Notes: generated from the sequence alone by a model not told the origin. Positions 29,382-40,089 are shown, numbered from the stretch's first letter. The stretch is DNA of 64,000 nt from a bacterium (GCA_965219955.1 OZ244799.1:3712001-3776000); one strand, 5' to 3'. Made by a program: numbers and translations.

Positions 29382-29870
29382 TGTAGGGGCGGTTCGCGAC
29401 CTGTCCCTGTGGGAATCCTCCCTCTCCGGTTGGGGTTCACCCGTAGGGACAACCCCCCGTGGTTGTCCTTTGTCAGGGTGTGGGACAGGCACGGGGGTCT
29501 GTCCCTACGCCGATTGCTGTTTTGGCCGTCATTCCGGCGAAAGCCGGAATCCATTTTTACGCCTTTTGCCTTTTCGCCTCTTCGCTCGGACGTCTTTACT
29601 CCCGGGAGAGGAGGGTCGGAATCGAACGTAAAAACGAAAGGCGAATTCTCTGAATTCCGCACCCGAACGCCGCGCAATAACAAGGTCGTGGCCACCCCGC
29701 CCGGTGAAAAGTCAAAATGGATTCCGGCTTTCGCCGGAATGACGGCGTTGTGGACGGCCTCGAACCATGCGGGAGGGATTGCGGGTGGCATCGCTTTTGC
29801 TCCCCTGACAAGGGGGGGAGTATTCGCCGGCTCGATTGCGGGCGGACACACGGGTCCGCCCCTACGGAAA
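29382..29870. repeat. REP-like palindrome cluster
   Basis: GTAGGGGCGG.../GTAGGGACAACCCCCCGTGGTTGTCC hairpins and a GTCATTCCGGCGAAAGCCGGAATCC / GGATTCCGGCTTTCGCCGGAATGAC pair. Confidence 0.8.
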
Positions 29871-29914
29871 CCCTTCCTCGGTCGGCAAAACCTCCCTCCC
29901 CGGTCGAGTTCGTT

Positions 29915-30271
29915 CTAAAACAACCGCCCGCCTAACACCGCACCTCTGTCATCCGGCGCGATGAGCACCACCTCGCCCCGCTCATCGGGCACGCCGAGCG
30001 TGAGGACTTCCGACATGAACGGCCCTATCTGCCTCGGCGGGAAGTTCACCACGGCGAGCACGAGCTTTCCTTCCAGTTCTTCCTTCGTGTAAAGCGCCGT
30101 GAGCTGGGCGGATGATTTCCTGACCCCCAGTTCCTCGCCGAAATCGATCCAGAGCTTGTAGGCCGGTTTCCTCGCCTCGGGGAAATCCGCCGCCTCGACC
30201 ACGCGCCCCAGGCGGATGTCCAGCTCCTCAAAATCCTCCATCGTCGCCATTTCCACGTTCTCCCGTTTCAT
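29915..30271 (-). CDS. csaA: tRNA-binding / export chaperone CsaA
   Basis: DFEELDIRLGRV, FPEARKPAYKLWIDFG, SSAQLT, VVNFPPRQIGPFMSEVLTLG. Confidence 0.9.
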   Translation of the reverse strand: MKRENVEMATMEDFEELDIRLGRVVEAADFPEARKPAYKLWIDFGEELGVRKSSAQLTALYTKEELEGKLVLAVVNFPPRQIGPFMSEVLTLGVPDERGEVVLIAPDDRGAVLGGRLF

Positions 30272-30335
30272 GGGCCGTGCGCGTGCGGCGCGCCGGAATC
30301 CGGGGCGGTTTCCCGCACGGGCGCAGGGGCGCGCC

Positions 30336-31229
30336 TCAGTCTATCGGCTCGCCCTGCGTTCTCTCCATCTCGAGAATATCGGCGCGCAGCCTTGTCGTTA
30401 TCGGGCCGGGGGCGGGAATCGGGCGTCCGTCCACCTCGGCCACGGCGTGCACCCGGCTGAAAGAAGAGGTGAGAAAACACTCATCCGCCGTGTAGAGGTC
30501 GTAGAGCGTCAAGTCGGCCTCTTCCGCCGGAATCCCCTCGCGCTCGGCGATTTCGAGGACGACCTTCCGCGTGATGCCGTCGAGCACGTTGTGGGCCTTG
30601 GGCGTCTTGAGCGCGCCGTCCTTCACGACGAAGACGTTCTCCCCCGGCGCCTCCGCCACGAAGCCGCGCACGTCGAGCAGAACCGCCTCGTCGAAGCCCG
30701 ATTCGACGGCCTCGATTCTCGCCATCACGTTGTTGAGGTAGTTGAGCGATTTCACGCGCGCCTCGAAGGACTCGGACGGCACCTTGCGCACCCCCGCCGT
30801 CTTGAGCCGAAGGCCCGCTCCCTTCGCCCTGTAGCTGGAACCCGTCTCGGCGGGCGGGGCGGGGTCGTGCAGGAGCACGGCGAGCGTCGCCTTATCCGTC
30901 ACTCTCGGGTCGAGCAGGGGATAGCCCGCGCCGCGCGATACCACGACGCGGAGGTACACGTCGTCCACTTGGGATCTTCGGACGCATTCCTTGACGATCC
31001 CGGCGATCCGCTCGCGCGTCTCGGGGAGCGTGAGCTTTAAGGCGCGCGCGGAGCGTTCCATGCGGTCGAGGTGTTCGGAGAACTTGAAAATCCGCCGGTT
31101 CGTCACCGTCATGGACTCGAACAGGCCGTCCCCATAGAGAAACCCGTGGTCGAAGGCGGAGACCCTGGCTTCTTCCGCCGCGACGTATTCGCCGTTCACG
31201 TAGCAGGTGTAGGACACGGCCCTATCCAT
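30336..31229 (-). CDS. Class IV PLP aminotransferase (IlvE/D-amino-acid aminotransferase family)
   Basis: VSAFDHGFLYGDGLFE, HLDRM, VKSLNYLNN, LDGITR. Confidence 0.9.
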   Translation of the reverse strand: MDRAVSYTCYVNGEYVAAEEARVSAFDHGFLYGDGLFESMTVTNRRIFKFSEHLDRMERSARALKLTLPETRERIAGIVKECVRRSQVDDVYLRVVVSRGAGYPLLDPRVTDKATLAVLLHDPAPPAETGSSYRAKGAGLRLKTAGVRKVPSESFEARVKSLNYLNNVMARIEAVESGFDEAVLLDVRGFVAEAPGENVFVVKDGALKTPKAHNVLDGITRKVVLEIAEREGIPAEEADLTLYDLYTADECFLTSSFSRVHAVAEVDGRPIPAPGPITTRLRADILEMERTQGEPID

Positions 31230-32118
31230 CCCTTCTCGAGATTTCGAGGATCGCTGCGGCGAAGGCTTCGGGCTTCTCGCGCTGGGCGAAGTGGCCCGCG
31301 CCTTGCACGAGAATCCTCTGGTAGCCGCCCGTGAAATGCCGCTCCTTGCCCTCGGAACTCTCGGGCCGAGACGCCCCGTCCTCGGCGCCTTGCACCAGAA
31401 CCGTCGGGGCGGAGATGTCCGGCAGGCCCGCCATGAAACTCTCCGCGTCCTCGAACTGTGGATCCGGCTCCTCATATCCCCACCGGTAGCGGTAGGAGTG
31501 CATGACGATATCGACGAAATCAGGATTCTGGAACGATTGCGCCGTCGCCTCGTATTCCGCGTCCGAAAAATCCCAGCCAGGCGACCACACCCGCCAGAGT
31601 TCGCGGCAGAAACCGGCGGCGTCCGCCCCCAGCGCATCGCGGCCTCTACCGGTGCAGAAAAACCACTGGTACCAGTACGCGCGCACCTGATCGACCGACA
31701 TCCGCTGTTGGGGGCGGCCCGTGCCGTAACCGGCGGGACTGACGACGAGCGCATTCAGCCGCGCAGGCCGCATGGCGGCTATGCAATAAGAAGCGCGCGC
31801 GCCCCAGTCGTGGCCCACGAGCGTGAAGCGCTCGAGTTCCAGCGCGTCGGCGAAGGCGGTGATGTCGGACGCGATGGCCGTATATTGCGCGCTTCTGGGG
31901 GTGGCGGGGTCGAGAAACCGCGTCGGGCCGTAGCCGCGCACGTAGGGGCAAAGTGTCCTTAGACCTGCGTCGTTCAGGATGGGCGTGACGCGGTCCCACG
32001 TTCTCGCGTCGTCCGGGAAGCCGTGTACGAGAACCACGGGCGGCGCGGCTTCATCGCCCGCCTCCAGATAGCCGATTTCGAGCGCGGGGGTCGTGATGGA
32101 TTTGAGCGCGCCAGGCAT
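31222..32118 (-). CDS. Alpha/beta hydrolase (epoxide hydrolase-like)
   Basis: HGFPDD, RGYGPT, GHDWGA, GAGHF. Confidence 0.9.
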   Translation of the reverse strand: MPGALKSITTPALEIGYLEAGDEAAPPVVLVHGFPDDARTWDRVTPILNDAGLRTLCPYVRGYGPTRFLDPATPRSAQYTAIASDITAFADALELERFTLVGHDWGARASYCIAAMRPARLNALVVSPAGYGTGRPQQRMSVDQVRAYWYQWFFCTGRGRDALGADAAGFCRELWRVWSPGWDFSDAEYEATAQSFQNPDFVDIVMHSYRYRWGYEEPDPQFEDAESFMAGLPDISAPTVLVQGAEDGASRPESSEGKERHFTGGYQRILVQGAGHFAQREKPEAFAAAILEISRRDG

Positions 32119-32138
32119 CTCGGTTTTTCAGTCCGCGA

Positions 32139-32882
32139 TCAGATCGCGCACCAGCCGTCGTCGACGATGAGGTCGAGGCCGTGCACCGCGCTCGCGTCGT
32201 CAGACGCCAGGAACACCGCCGCGCCCGCCATCTCCGCCGTGGTGATGTAGGCCCGGCCCGTGGGCGTGTAGCTCGCCATGAGCTTCACGAACTCGGGGTC
32301 GTCCTGTAAGTGCTGGTTGAGCGGCGTGGCCGTGTTGCCCGGCGAGATGCAGTTCACGTTGATGCCGCACTTCGAAATCTCCGCCGCCAGCGCGCGCGTG
32401 ATCATGTAGACCCCGCCCTTGCTTGCGCAGTAGGGCACCGCGTTCGGGAAGGCGTGCGTCGCGGCGATGGAGGCCATGAAGATAATCTTCCCGTAGCTCT
32501 TCTCTTTCATGATGGGCACGACGGCCTGCGACAGCAGGAAGTTGCCCTTGAGATTAATGTCGATGATGTCGTCCCACTCCTGCTCGGAATAGGCTTCGAG
32601 TTCCTTGTTGATCATGATGCCGTGGTTGCCGACTAAGATGTCCACCGTGCCGAACGCGCTCACCACGTCGGCCACCATGGCGTCCACCGCCGACTTCTTC
32701 GATACGTCGCACGGAAACGCGCGGGCCGCATCGCCGATCTCCGCCGCCAAAGCCTCTCCTGTTTCCGCCGTGCGGTTCACGACCGCGACCTTAGCACCTT
32801 CTTCCGCGAAGCGGCGGCAGATGGCCTCGCCGATTCCCTGCGAGCCGCCCGTGACGATGGCGACCTTGTCTTGTAGCTTCAT
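32139..32882 (-). CDS. Short-chain dehydrogenase/reductase
   Basis: TGGSQGIG, YCASKGG, VDDGW. Confidence 0.92.
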   Translation of the reverse strand: MKLQDKVAIVTGGSQGIGEAICRRFAEEGAKVAVVNRTAETGEALAAEIGDAARAFPCDVSKKSAVDAMVADVVSAFGTVDILVGNHGIMINKELEAYSEQEWDDIIDINLKGNFLLSQAVVPIMKEKSYGKIIFMASIAATHAFPNAVPYCASKGGVYMITRALAAEISKCGINVNCISPGNTATPLNQHLQDDPEFVKLMASYTPTGRAYITTAEMAGAAVFLASDDASAVHGLDLIVDDGWCAI

Positions 32883-33086
32883 GGATGTTTCCTCCCTGCG
32901 GCGCTTCCGGATCGCCCCGGAAGCGAAAAGTCCCCGGTAAAGACTGCGTCTCGATTTTTGCGGGCATGATACCGCCCTTTGGTGTGATGGGGAAGGGGTG
33001 GGGCATGGTTCCGGTGAGCACCTGCAGGGGGCGCATACATGCGGCCCGTGGTTTGGACGGCAAAAACAAAGGGACGCATGGTATGC

Positions 33087-33640
33087 GTGGGACGGCCCCG
33101 AGGAGGGGTTCGTCCCCTACGGTGGCATCGCAGGAATTCGCAGCCGGACAGGCGCAGGAGCCTGTCCGGGGACCGGTGTGTCCGCCCTCTTGATTTGGTA
33201 GGGGTCGTTCGCGAACGACCCCTACAGAAGGGCATGATTCCGGCTTTTGCCCGTCATTCCGGTGTCAGACCCGACCAAGGCGGGGCCGTTGAAAAAGCCC
33301 CATGGAGCGATTTTGGTTGAGCGCAAGTTTTTGAATTTCACTCCCCCCTTGAGGGTCTGGCTTCCCGAGGGGAAAGCCAGACGAGGAAGCCGAGCGGTTT
33401 GTGCGAAGGCTGAATCGGTGGGGGGTAAAATGCGTTTTATCGCCAGTCCGAGTTATACCCCCCCACCGAATCGCTTTCGGGCTTACGCCCTCAGCTCTTC
33501 GACTCCCCCTCAAGGGGGGAGTGGTTGGTTGGCGCTCTGCAAGGGAGGAGTAAAGTTTCATCCCTCCATGGGAGGCTCCATGTGTGGAATCACGATATCA
33601 GGACTTTTTCAACAACCCTGTATGCGTCCCCTACACGACC
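33087..33640. repeat. Composite REP/MITE cluster
   Basis: GTAGGGGTCGTTCGCGAACGACCCCTAC; GTTGAAAAAG 33288...CTTTTTCAAC 33613 enclosing the inverted 23318-type palindrome. Confidence 0.8.
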
Positions 33641-33669
33641 AAAGGTTCAACCGGATATGCGATGCGAAT

Positions 33670-35472
33670 CTACTTCTTGCTCAACCGCTTCCGTCTCCGC
33701 CTGGTTCTGGCCGCATCCACCTGGCCCGCGTCGTCGACCGCGACGCCGTAGATCTTCCAGGCGCGCTCCCTGGTGATCCACTTCTCCTCCACGTCCTCGC
33801 GCACCTTCTCGACCGGCCGCTCGTGCGGCGGGCCGTAGCCGCCACCGCCCGTGCAGTAGGACGCCACGTTCTCGCCGGGTTTCAGGATGATGTCCGCGCA
33901 GGCGGGGAGATCCTCCAAGGAGCCGTCCTCGCGCATGAGGAAGTTCCGGCAGACCGCTCCGTTCAGGCCGCCGAGCGTTCCCTTCGACGCGTTTATCGCG
34001 CCGTCCGACACGTAGACGACCTCCAGATCGCCGCCGCCCACGGGGCCGTATTCACAATAGCCCGATGGCGCGCCAATCGTCCGGCCCGCGCCCTCGGTGT
34101 CGGGCATGAGCCTGCGCGTCTTGATGTAGATGGGGAAGTGGAGCTCGTCCAGTTCGATGCTGTCCACGAAGCACATGCCGGCGTTGCCCGCGTGGAGGAT
34201 GGTGAGCCAGGCGTCGGTTTTCCCCGCGCCCGCCCCGCCGGTGACCATTAAAAAGAGGTGGTTCACGAAGGGCTCGTTGTCGTTCCTGGGGTCGAAACCG
34301 GAGATGACGCCCATCGACGCCGGGAAAATCGGCCCGCACTCGGCCAGTCCGATGCCGTCCTGAATCTTCGAGAACGCGCGCTGCACGGGATTCGTCACGC
34401 GGTCGGCGAGGTTCGTGGTGGCGACGGACATCGAGGTGGGGTGCTTGCCCCCGCCCGCGACCGAGCCGTCGCGGATGAGCACGTTGACCCGCCGGAAGCT
34501 GCCCGCGTTCGTGGGCACGATGTCGTCGATGCTGTTGAACACGCCTATCATCGCGCCGGTGCGCGCGCAGGCCTCGCTCAGGTTCAGGCCGCAGGGCATG
34601 GCGTCGGGGTTGTCGCGCAAATCCACCTCGATGGTGGCCTTTTTGTTATCGATCCGCACGTGCGCGGTGATGGGGATGCCTTCCTCCGGCGTGCCGGGGA
34701 CGGGGTCGTGCGTGCTGTGGGCGGTGGCCTCGCCGGTAGGCAGTTTTTTGATGGCGGAGACCATGAGCTTCTCGCTGTAGTCGAACCACTCTTTCGAGAA
34801 ATCGTGCAGCGTCTCCCAGCCGTATTCATCGCCCATGGCGAGCACCTCGCGCTCGCCGATTCTGGCCGCGCCGATCATCGCGAGGTAATCGCCGTACCAC
34901 TGCTCGGGCACGCGGATGCGCATCCGGCAGAAGTTGATGAAGTCCTCGTTGTCCTCGTAGTTCGTCTGCACCCTGGTGGGCGGGAAGATGAGCGCGCCTT
35001 CTTCATAGACGTCGCGCGCGTGGCCCATGTAGGTGGTGGGCTGGCTGCACCCGCAATCCGCCTGGTGGGCCTTCACCCACACCGTGAACTGGTGGACGCC
35101 CCGCTTGTCGATGACGGGCACGAGGATGGTGTGGTCCGCCGGGTGCGAGCAGCCATGGTAGGGCGAGTTGTGGAGATAGGCGTCGCCCCTTTTTAGATTG
35201 GGATGCAGGTCCATCATCGAGCGGGCCATCAGGTCCGCCCCGCTCAGGTGATGGATGGGGAGCGATTCCGCGCCCGTCAGCAGTTCGCACTCGCGCGTCA
35301 CGACGGAGGTGGAGAAATCGCGCGCGAGGTTCAGCACGCCCGAGCGGCCTGTCCTGAGCAGCGTGTTCGCCATCTTGGTCGTCACGGCGTCGAAGCGCTT
35401 GTGCAGCACGGCCAGGGTGATGGGGTCGAGTTTCGTCTTTCGCTTCGCGCGTCTGGTTGCTGCTCTCGCCAT
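33670..35472 (-). CDS. Hydantoinase B / oxoprolinase family protein
   Basis: LDPITLAVL, ARDFS, NSPYHGCSHPAD, AHQAD, YEEG, GGGGYG. Confidence 0.92.
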   Translation of the reverse strand: MARAATRRAKRKTKLDPITLAVLHKRFDAVTTKMANTLLRTGRSGVLNLARDFSTSVVTRECELLTGAESLPIHHLSGADLMARSMMDLHPNLKRGDAYLHNSPYHGCSHPADHTILVPVIDKRGVHQFTVWVKAHQADCGCSQPTTYMGHARDVYEEGALIFPPTRVQTNYEDNEDFINFCRMRIRVPEQWYGDYLAMIGAARIGEREVLAMGDEYGWETLHDFSKEWFDYSEKLMVSAIKKLPTGEATAHSTHDPVPGTPEEGIPITAHVRIDNKKATIEVDLRDNPDAMPCGLNLSEACARTGAMIGVFNSIDDIVPTNAGSFRRVNVLIRDGSVAGGGKHPTSMSVATTNLADRVTNPVQRAFSKIQDGIGLAECGPIFPASMGVISGFDPRNDNEPFVNHLFLMVTGGAGAGKTDAWLTILHAGNAGMCFVDSIELDELHFPIYIKTRRLMPDTEGAGRTIGAPSGYCEYGPVGGGDLEVVYVSDGAINASKGTLGGLNGAVCRNFLMREDGSLEDLPACADIILKPGENVASYCTGGGGYGPPHERPVEKVREDVEEKWITRERAWKIYGVAVDDAGQVDAARTRRRRKRLSKK

Positions 35473-35481
35473 ATCCTGCTC

Positions 35482-37548
35482 CTAAAGCGTGATGAACAGA
35501 CTCCCGCTTCTCGTGCGCTCGGCCTTTGCGCCGGGGTCGATGACCACCGTCGTGAACGGCGATTCGATGATGGCCGGCCCCCGCATCGCGGAGCCTGCCT
35601 TCATGGAATCGAACGCCGCCACGCGGGCGTTCACGAGTCCCTTGCCCGCGAAATAGGCTTCGCGCCGCCTGGGGAGCGTCGTCTCGTGGATCGCCTCGCG
35701 CACGAGCCTGCCGAAGCGGCCCTTTCTCAGCTTGCACCGCGCCACGGCGCGCCAGCCGACGAACTCGACTTCCGAGGACGGATCGCGGAAGGCGAACACC
35801 TCCTCGTGCACTTCGTCGAACGCCGCCCGCGTGCGCTCCACGTCTTTTTTCGAGCGGAAACGGTTGATGGGCAGCCCCAGGTCGATCTCCCAGATCTGGT
35901 GCTTGTAGCGCGCCTCGACGTAGAATTCCGTAGCGCTCTCCACCGCCCCCTTGCCGGGACCCTTGATGAAGGCGCGGCATCTGTCGCCGAGCGATTTCAG
36001 GGTCGCGTTCGCCCCCTTGAAGTCGAAGCGGTCCGTGATGGTGAAGAACATCGAGCGGTAGTCGGCGTGCAAGTCGCTCATCATCGCGCCCGCCGCCGAT
36101 AGCGCGGCGCCGACTTCGGGGATCACGAGGCCCTGGCAGCCCAGCCGCTTGGCGATGGCGACCGAGTTCAGCCCCGCCGCCCCGCCGCCGCCGATCAGCA
36201 CCGCGCCCCTGGGGTCGATGCCCTGGTGGATGGTGATCTCCTCGATCGCGCCCACCATGTTCTCTGTCGCCAGCCTGAGAATGGCCGAGGCCGCCTCCTG
36301 GAGAGATAGCCCCAGCGGTTCGGCCACGTCTTTCGATATGGCCTTCTCGGCTTCCGTGGTGTTGAGCGTCATCGCGCCGCCCAGGAAATAATCCGGGTCG
36401 ATGTGGCCGAGCACCAAAGATGCGTCCGTCAAGGTAGGGCGCGTTCCGCCCCGGCCGTAGCAGGCCGGTCCCGGTTCCGCGCCCGCGCTTTGCGGCCCGA
36501 CGTGCAGGAGGCCGCCCTCATCCACCCAGGCGATGCTGCCCCCGCCCGCGCCGATGCTCTTCACGTCCACGGAGGGAAAGCCCAGTATGTGGCCCCGGTA
36601 GCGCTGGCCGAGCCAGGTTTCAGGCGACATGGGAATCTCGCCCCGGCGCACGAGGCTCACGTCGTAGGTGGTGCCGCCGGTGTCGGCCACTATCGCCGTG
36701 GCGGCCCTGGCGTCGGCGCGCGAGAAGTGCCTGCCCGCGATGGGCGCCATCGAAGGCCCCGAACCCACCGAGTGGATGGGCGCTTCGGCGAGTTCGCCCG
36801 CGTCCATCACGCCGCCCTTGGAAGTCAGCATCAGAAGCCTTCCGGCGAAGCCCGCCGCGGCCAGCCTTTCCTGCAGCCCGCCGATGTAGCGCGACATCAG
36901 GGGTTTGAGAGACGCGTCGATACAGGTCGAGGACGCCCGGCGGTATTCGCGCAGGATCGGGTTGAGAACGTGCGACAGGGTGTAAGGCACGCCCTTAAGG
37001 TGTTTTTTCAGCAGGCGTCCCACGCCGATCTCGTGGGCGGGGTTCACGGTGGACCACAGGAGAGAGACGGCCACCGCCTCCACTTCTTTTTCCTTGAGTT
37101 CCTCGATGATCCCGATGACGCCCGCCTCATCGAGCGGCTCGTACACGCCCCCGTCCGCACCCATGCGCTCGGGCACCTCGTAGGTGAGCGCGCGCGGGAT
37201 GTAGGGCTTGGGGAAGGGCACCAGGAAGTTGAACGGCTCCATGCGCCCGCCCTCGCGCAGCACGAGGATGTCGGGGTGGCCCTTGGTGGTGAGGAAGGCG
37301 GTCTTCGCGGTGTTTCCCGTCACGATGGCGTTGGTGGCGTGGGTGGTGCCGTGGATGAAGAGTTCGCCCTGGGCGAGGAGTTCTTCGGTGGTCGTCGAGA
37401 GCGCAACGGCTGCCGACTCGATGGCCGCGAGGATGCCCTCCACCGGGTCCTGGGGCGTCGTGGGGGCCTTGAACATGTGGAGGCGGCCCCGGTTGTCCTC
37501 GAGCACGAGGTCGGTGAAGGTCCCGCCCGTATCTACCGCGAATCGCAT
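35482..37548 (-). CDS. Hydantoinase A / oxoprolinase family protein
   Basis: VDTGGTFTD, HGTTHATNA, SGP, DTGGTTYDV, IGAGGGSIA, VGPQSAGAEPGPACYGRGG. Confidence 0.93.
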   Translation of the reverse strand: MRFAVDTGGTFTDLVLEDNRGRLHMFKAPTTPQDPVEGILAAIESAAVALSTTTEELLAQGELFIHGTTHATNAIVTGNTAKTAFLTTKGHPDILVLREGGRMEPFNFLVPFPKPYIPRALTYEVPERMGADGGVYEPLDEAGVIGIIEELKEKEVEAVAVSLLWSTVNPAHEIGVGRLLKKHLKGVPYTLSHVLNPILREYRRASSTCIDASLKPLMSRYIGGLQERLAAAGFAGRLLMLTSKGGVMDAGELAEAPIHSVGSGPSMAPIAGRHFSRADARAATAIVADTGGTTYDVSLVRRGEIPMSPETWLGQRYRGHILGFPSVDVKSIGAGGGSIAWVDEGGLLHVGPQSAGAEPGPACYGRGGTRPTLTDASLVLGHIDPDYFLGGAMTLNTTEAEKAISKDVAEPLGLSLQEAASAILRLATENMVGAIEEITIHQGIDPRGAVLIGGGGAAGLNSVAIAKRLGCQGLVIPEVGAALSAAGAMMSDLHADYRSMFFTITDRFDFKGANATLKSLGDRCRAFIKGPGKGAVESATEFYVEARYKHQIWEIDLGLPINRFRSKKDVERTRAAFDEVHEEVFAFRDPSSEVEFVGWRAVARCKLRKGRFGRLVREAIHETTLPRRREAYFAGKGLVNARVAAFDSMKAGSAMRGPAIIESPFTTVVIDPGAKAERTRSGSLFITL

Positions 37549-37702
37549 TCCTCGCCTCCCGCCGTCAACCGCGCCCGGTGGCATGACATGTCTGCGCGGA
37601 TGAGGTTTCTGAATCGCTATCTGCGTATGGGTGATGAATTCAGGCGCAATATATCACTTTCCGGGCGGTGGGATGCAAGGAGGCCACGGGTGAAAATGCG
37701 CG

Positions 37703-38383
37703 TCACGCGTCGCGCACGTGCGCGTAATACCGGGCGAGGCGCTCGGCCGAGACGCCCAGCGCGAAGAGGATGCTCAGCCCCCACCAGATGATGAGGCACT
37801 TGGGCTTGCCCCATACGTCGATGCGCCGCCCGCTCGTGACGACGGGCGTCTCGATGACGGCGGCGCGCCCGAACGCGCGCATCCTGCGGCTCAGGTCCCA
37901 GTCCTCGAACAGGGGCATGTCGGCGTAGCCGCCCATGCGCTCGAAGGCCTCGCGCCGGATGAAGATGCACTGGTCGCCCAGGAAGCGTTTCGCGATTTTC
38001 GCGCGCGCGTTGGCGCTGAAGCTGATGAAGCGGCTGAAGCTGTCCTCGCGATCGAAGCTGTGGAGAAAGCCCCCGCCCGCCACGTCGTTCCCGCGCATGA
38101 CGTCCTCGATATCCCTTAACGCCCCAGGCGGCAGTTTCGTGTCGCAGTGTAGAAACAGGATCGTCTCGCCTTCGGCCAAAGCCGCGCCCGCGTTCATCTG
38201 GCGCGCGCGGCCGGGTTCGGTTTCGACGATAAGAGCGCGTTCGCCCGCGACCGCCCGCGTCCCGTCCGTACTCCCCCCGTCGGCGAGGATGATCTGCTTC
38301 TCCCCCGGCTGGGCGTCGAGCATGTCGAACATGGGGGACAGCCTGGGCGCTTCATTCAGTACGGGCACGACGATGGAGATCAT
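37703..38383 (-). CDS. Family 2 glycosyltransferase (TIGR04283-like)
   Basis: ISIVVPVLNE, DGGSTD, GRARQMNAGA, LFLHCD, GDQCIF, MPLFED, TSGRR. Confidence 0.85.
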   Translation of the reverse strand: MISIVVPVLNEAPRLSPMFDMLDAQPGEKQIILADGGSTDGTRAVAGERALIVETEPGRARQMNAGAALAEGETILFLHCDTKLPPGALRDIEDVMRGNDVAGGGFLHSFDREDSFSRFISFSANARAKIAKRFLGDQCIFIRREAFERMGGYADMPLFEDWDLSRRMRAFGRAAVIETPVVTSGRRIDVWGKPKCLIIWWGLSILFALGVSAERLARYYAHVRDA

Positions 38384-38505
38384 CGCTGAGTCCTTCTTAA
38401 GGAACCAGTCTTTCACCTGGAAGCGCTGAGACGATACTTTCCCCGGGCTGTGGTATGATGCCTCATGCGAAGCCATCCGGTGAACCCTAACCATTGGAAC
38501 CTTCA

Positions 38506-40089
38506 ATGTCGATAAGGCGCAACCGTATTTTCCGTCTTCTTCTCTCCCGCGCAGGCGGCGCCCGCCGCGTGAAACATCTTGCGGTCGGCCTCATCCTTTC
38601 CGTTGCGTTGCTCTCCGCGAGCCTCGTCTTTTCGCTCTCCAGCGATCAGGAAGAGGCCATCGCCCTTCTTTATGAGGTCATGGAGAAAGTCGACGATAGC
38701 TACACGCGCACACCCGATTTCAGGAAGATGTACGTCGCGGGCCTGGAAGGCCTCAAGAAAAGCGCGGGCGAGGGGAACTTCGATTTCGAGGAGAAGGCGG
38801 GAGACGAGGTTCTCCTCAAGGCGGGGGAGAAGGAGTTGCTCGTTCGCCTCCGGGGAGACACCGTCGGCGGGCTGGGCGGGTTCGAGCGCGCCTACCGGTT
38901 CGCCATGGCGAACGCCGGGGATTCGGAGAAGAAAAAAAAGGGCGGATTGGAAGTCATGTACGTGGCGCTCACCTCCATGCTGCGTTCGCTGGACCCTTTC
39001 AGTTCTTTCGTCTCGCCCGACGCCTACAGGCAGATGCGGGTGGAGCATACGGGCCGCTACGGCGGGGTGGGCGTCATCATCACGGTGCGGGAGAAGAAGC
39101 TCACCGTCATATCGCCCATCGACGACACGCCCGCGCATCGCGCGGGCCTCAAGTCCGAGGACGTGATTCTGGAAATCGACGGCGCGACCACGGCGGACAT
39201 GCCGCTCTCAGAGGTCGTGCGCCGCATGAGAGGACCCGCGGGCAAGACGGTCGATTTGCTGATTTCGCGCGCAAGCTGGCCCGAGCCCCGCAACGTGAAG
39301 CTGCGCCGCGCCATCATCAGCATCAAGAGCGTGAAGGCGGAGGTGAAAGAGGACGGGATCGGCTACCTGCGGGTCACGGCCTTTCATGGACGAACGACGC
39401 GGGAACTGGACGTGGGCCTCAACGAGTTGGTTCGAAAGAAGAAGGTGCGGGGAATCGTGCTGGACCTGCGCGACAATCCCGGTGGTTTTCTCCGCCAGTC
39501 CGTCCAGGTCTCCGAACGGTTTCTGCCCGATGGAAGCATGGTCGTCTTCACCCGGGGGCGGAGGCGCAGCGAGACGGTGTATTTCCGCTCCCGCGGCAGC
39601 GGCGTTTGGGTGGGCAAGCCCTTGATCGTGTTGATCAACAAGGGCAGCGCGAGCGCTTCCGAAATCGTAGCCGGCGCCTTGCAGGATCTGGATCGCGCCC
39701 TGATCATCGGCAGGACGAGCTTCGGCAAGGGCTCCGTTCAGGCCATCATCCCCACGAGGGGCGGAGCGGCTGTCCGGCTGACGACGGCGAAATACTACAC
39801 CCCGCTCGGCCGCCTGATCCACGAGAAAGGCATTCAGCCCGACGTCGAGGCGGGGCCTCAGCCGCTCACAAAAAAAGAGATCAGGGAGAGAAGAAGAAAG
39901 ATGAAGTCTTCGCTCTACAAGAAAGAGGAAAAGACAGACGAGAAGAAAAAGGACGCCGTCCTCGAACTGGCGGTGGCCGTCTTGAAGGACGCCGCGAGCG
40001 CGGACGTGGAAGCGCTTCGCCAGGCGGCGCTTCATGCGCAGCGCCTGATGCGGAGCGCAGAAGCGGTATCGTCCGCAGCTTCTCCCTGA
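38506..40089 (+). CDS. S41 carboxyl-terminal processing protease (CtpA/Prc-like)
   Basis: LDPFS, PDZ (YGGVG, TPAHRAGL), LDLRDNPGG, SASASEIVAGALQD, SFGKGSVQ, TTAKYYTP. Start uncertain. Confidence 0.92.
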   Translation: MSIRRNRIFRLLLSRAGGARRVKHLAVGLILSVALLSASLVFSLSSDQEEAIALLYEVMEKVDDSYTRTPDFRKMYVAGLEGLKKSAGEGNFDFEEKAGDEVLLKAGEKELLVRLRGDTVGGLGGFERAYRFAMANAGDSEKKKKGGLEVMYVALTSMLRSLDPFSSFVSPDAYRQMRVEHTGRYGGVGVIITVREKKLTVISPIDDTPAHRAGLKSEDVILEIDGATTADMPLSEVVRRMRGPAGKTVDLLISRASWPEPRNVKLRRAIISIKSVKAEVKEDGIGYLRVTAFHGRTTRELDVGLNELVRKKKVRGIVLDLRDNPGGFLRQSVQVSERFLPDGSMVVFTRGRRRSETVYFRSRGSGVWVGKPLIVLINKGSASASEIVAGALQDLDRALIIGRTSFGKGSVQAIIPTRGGAAVRLTTAKYYTPLGRLIHEKGIQPDVEAGPQPLTKKEIRERRRKMKSSLYKKEEKTDEKKKDAVLELAVAVLKDAASADVEALRQAALHAQRLMRSAEAVSSAASP

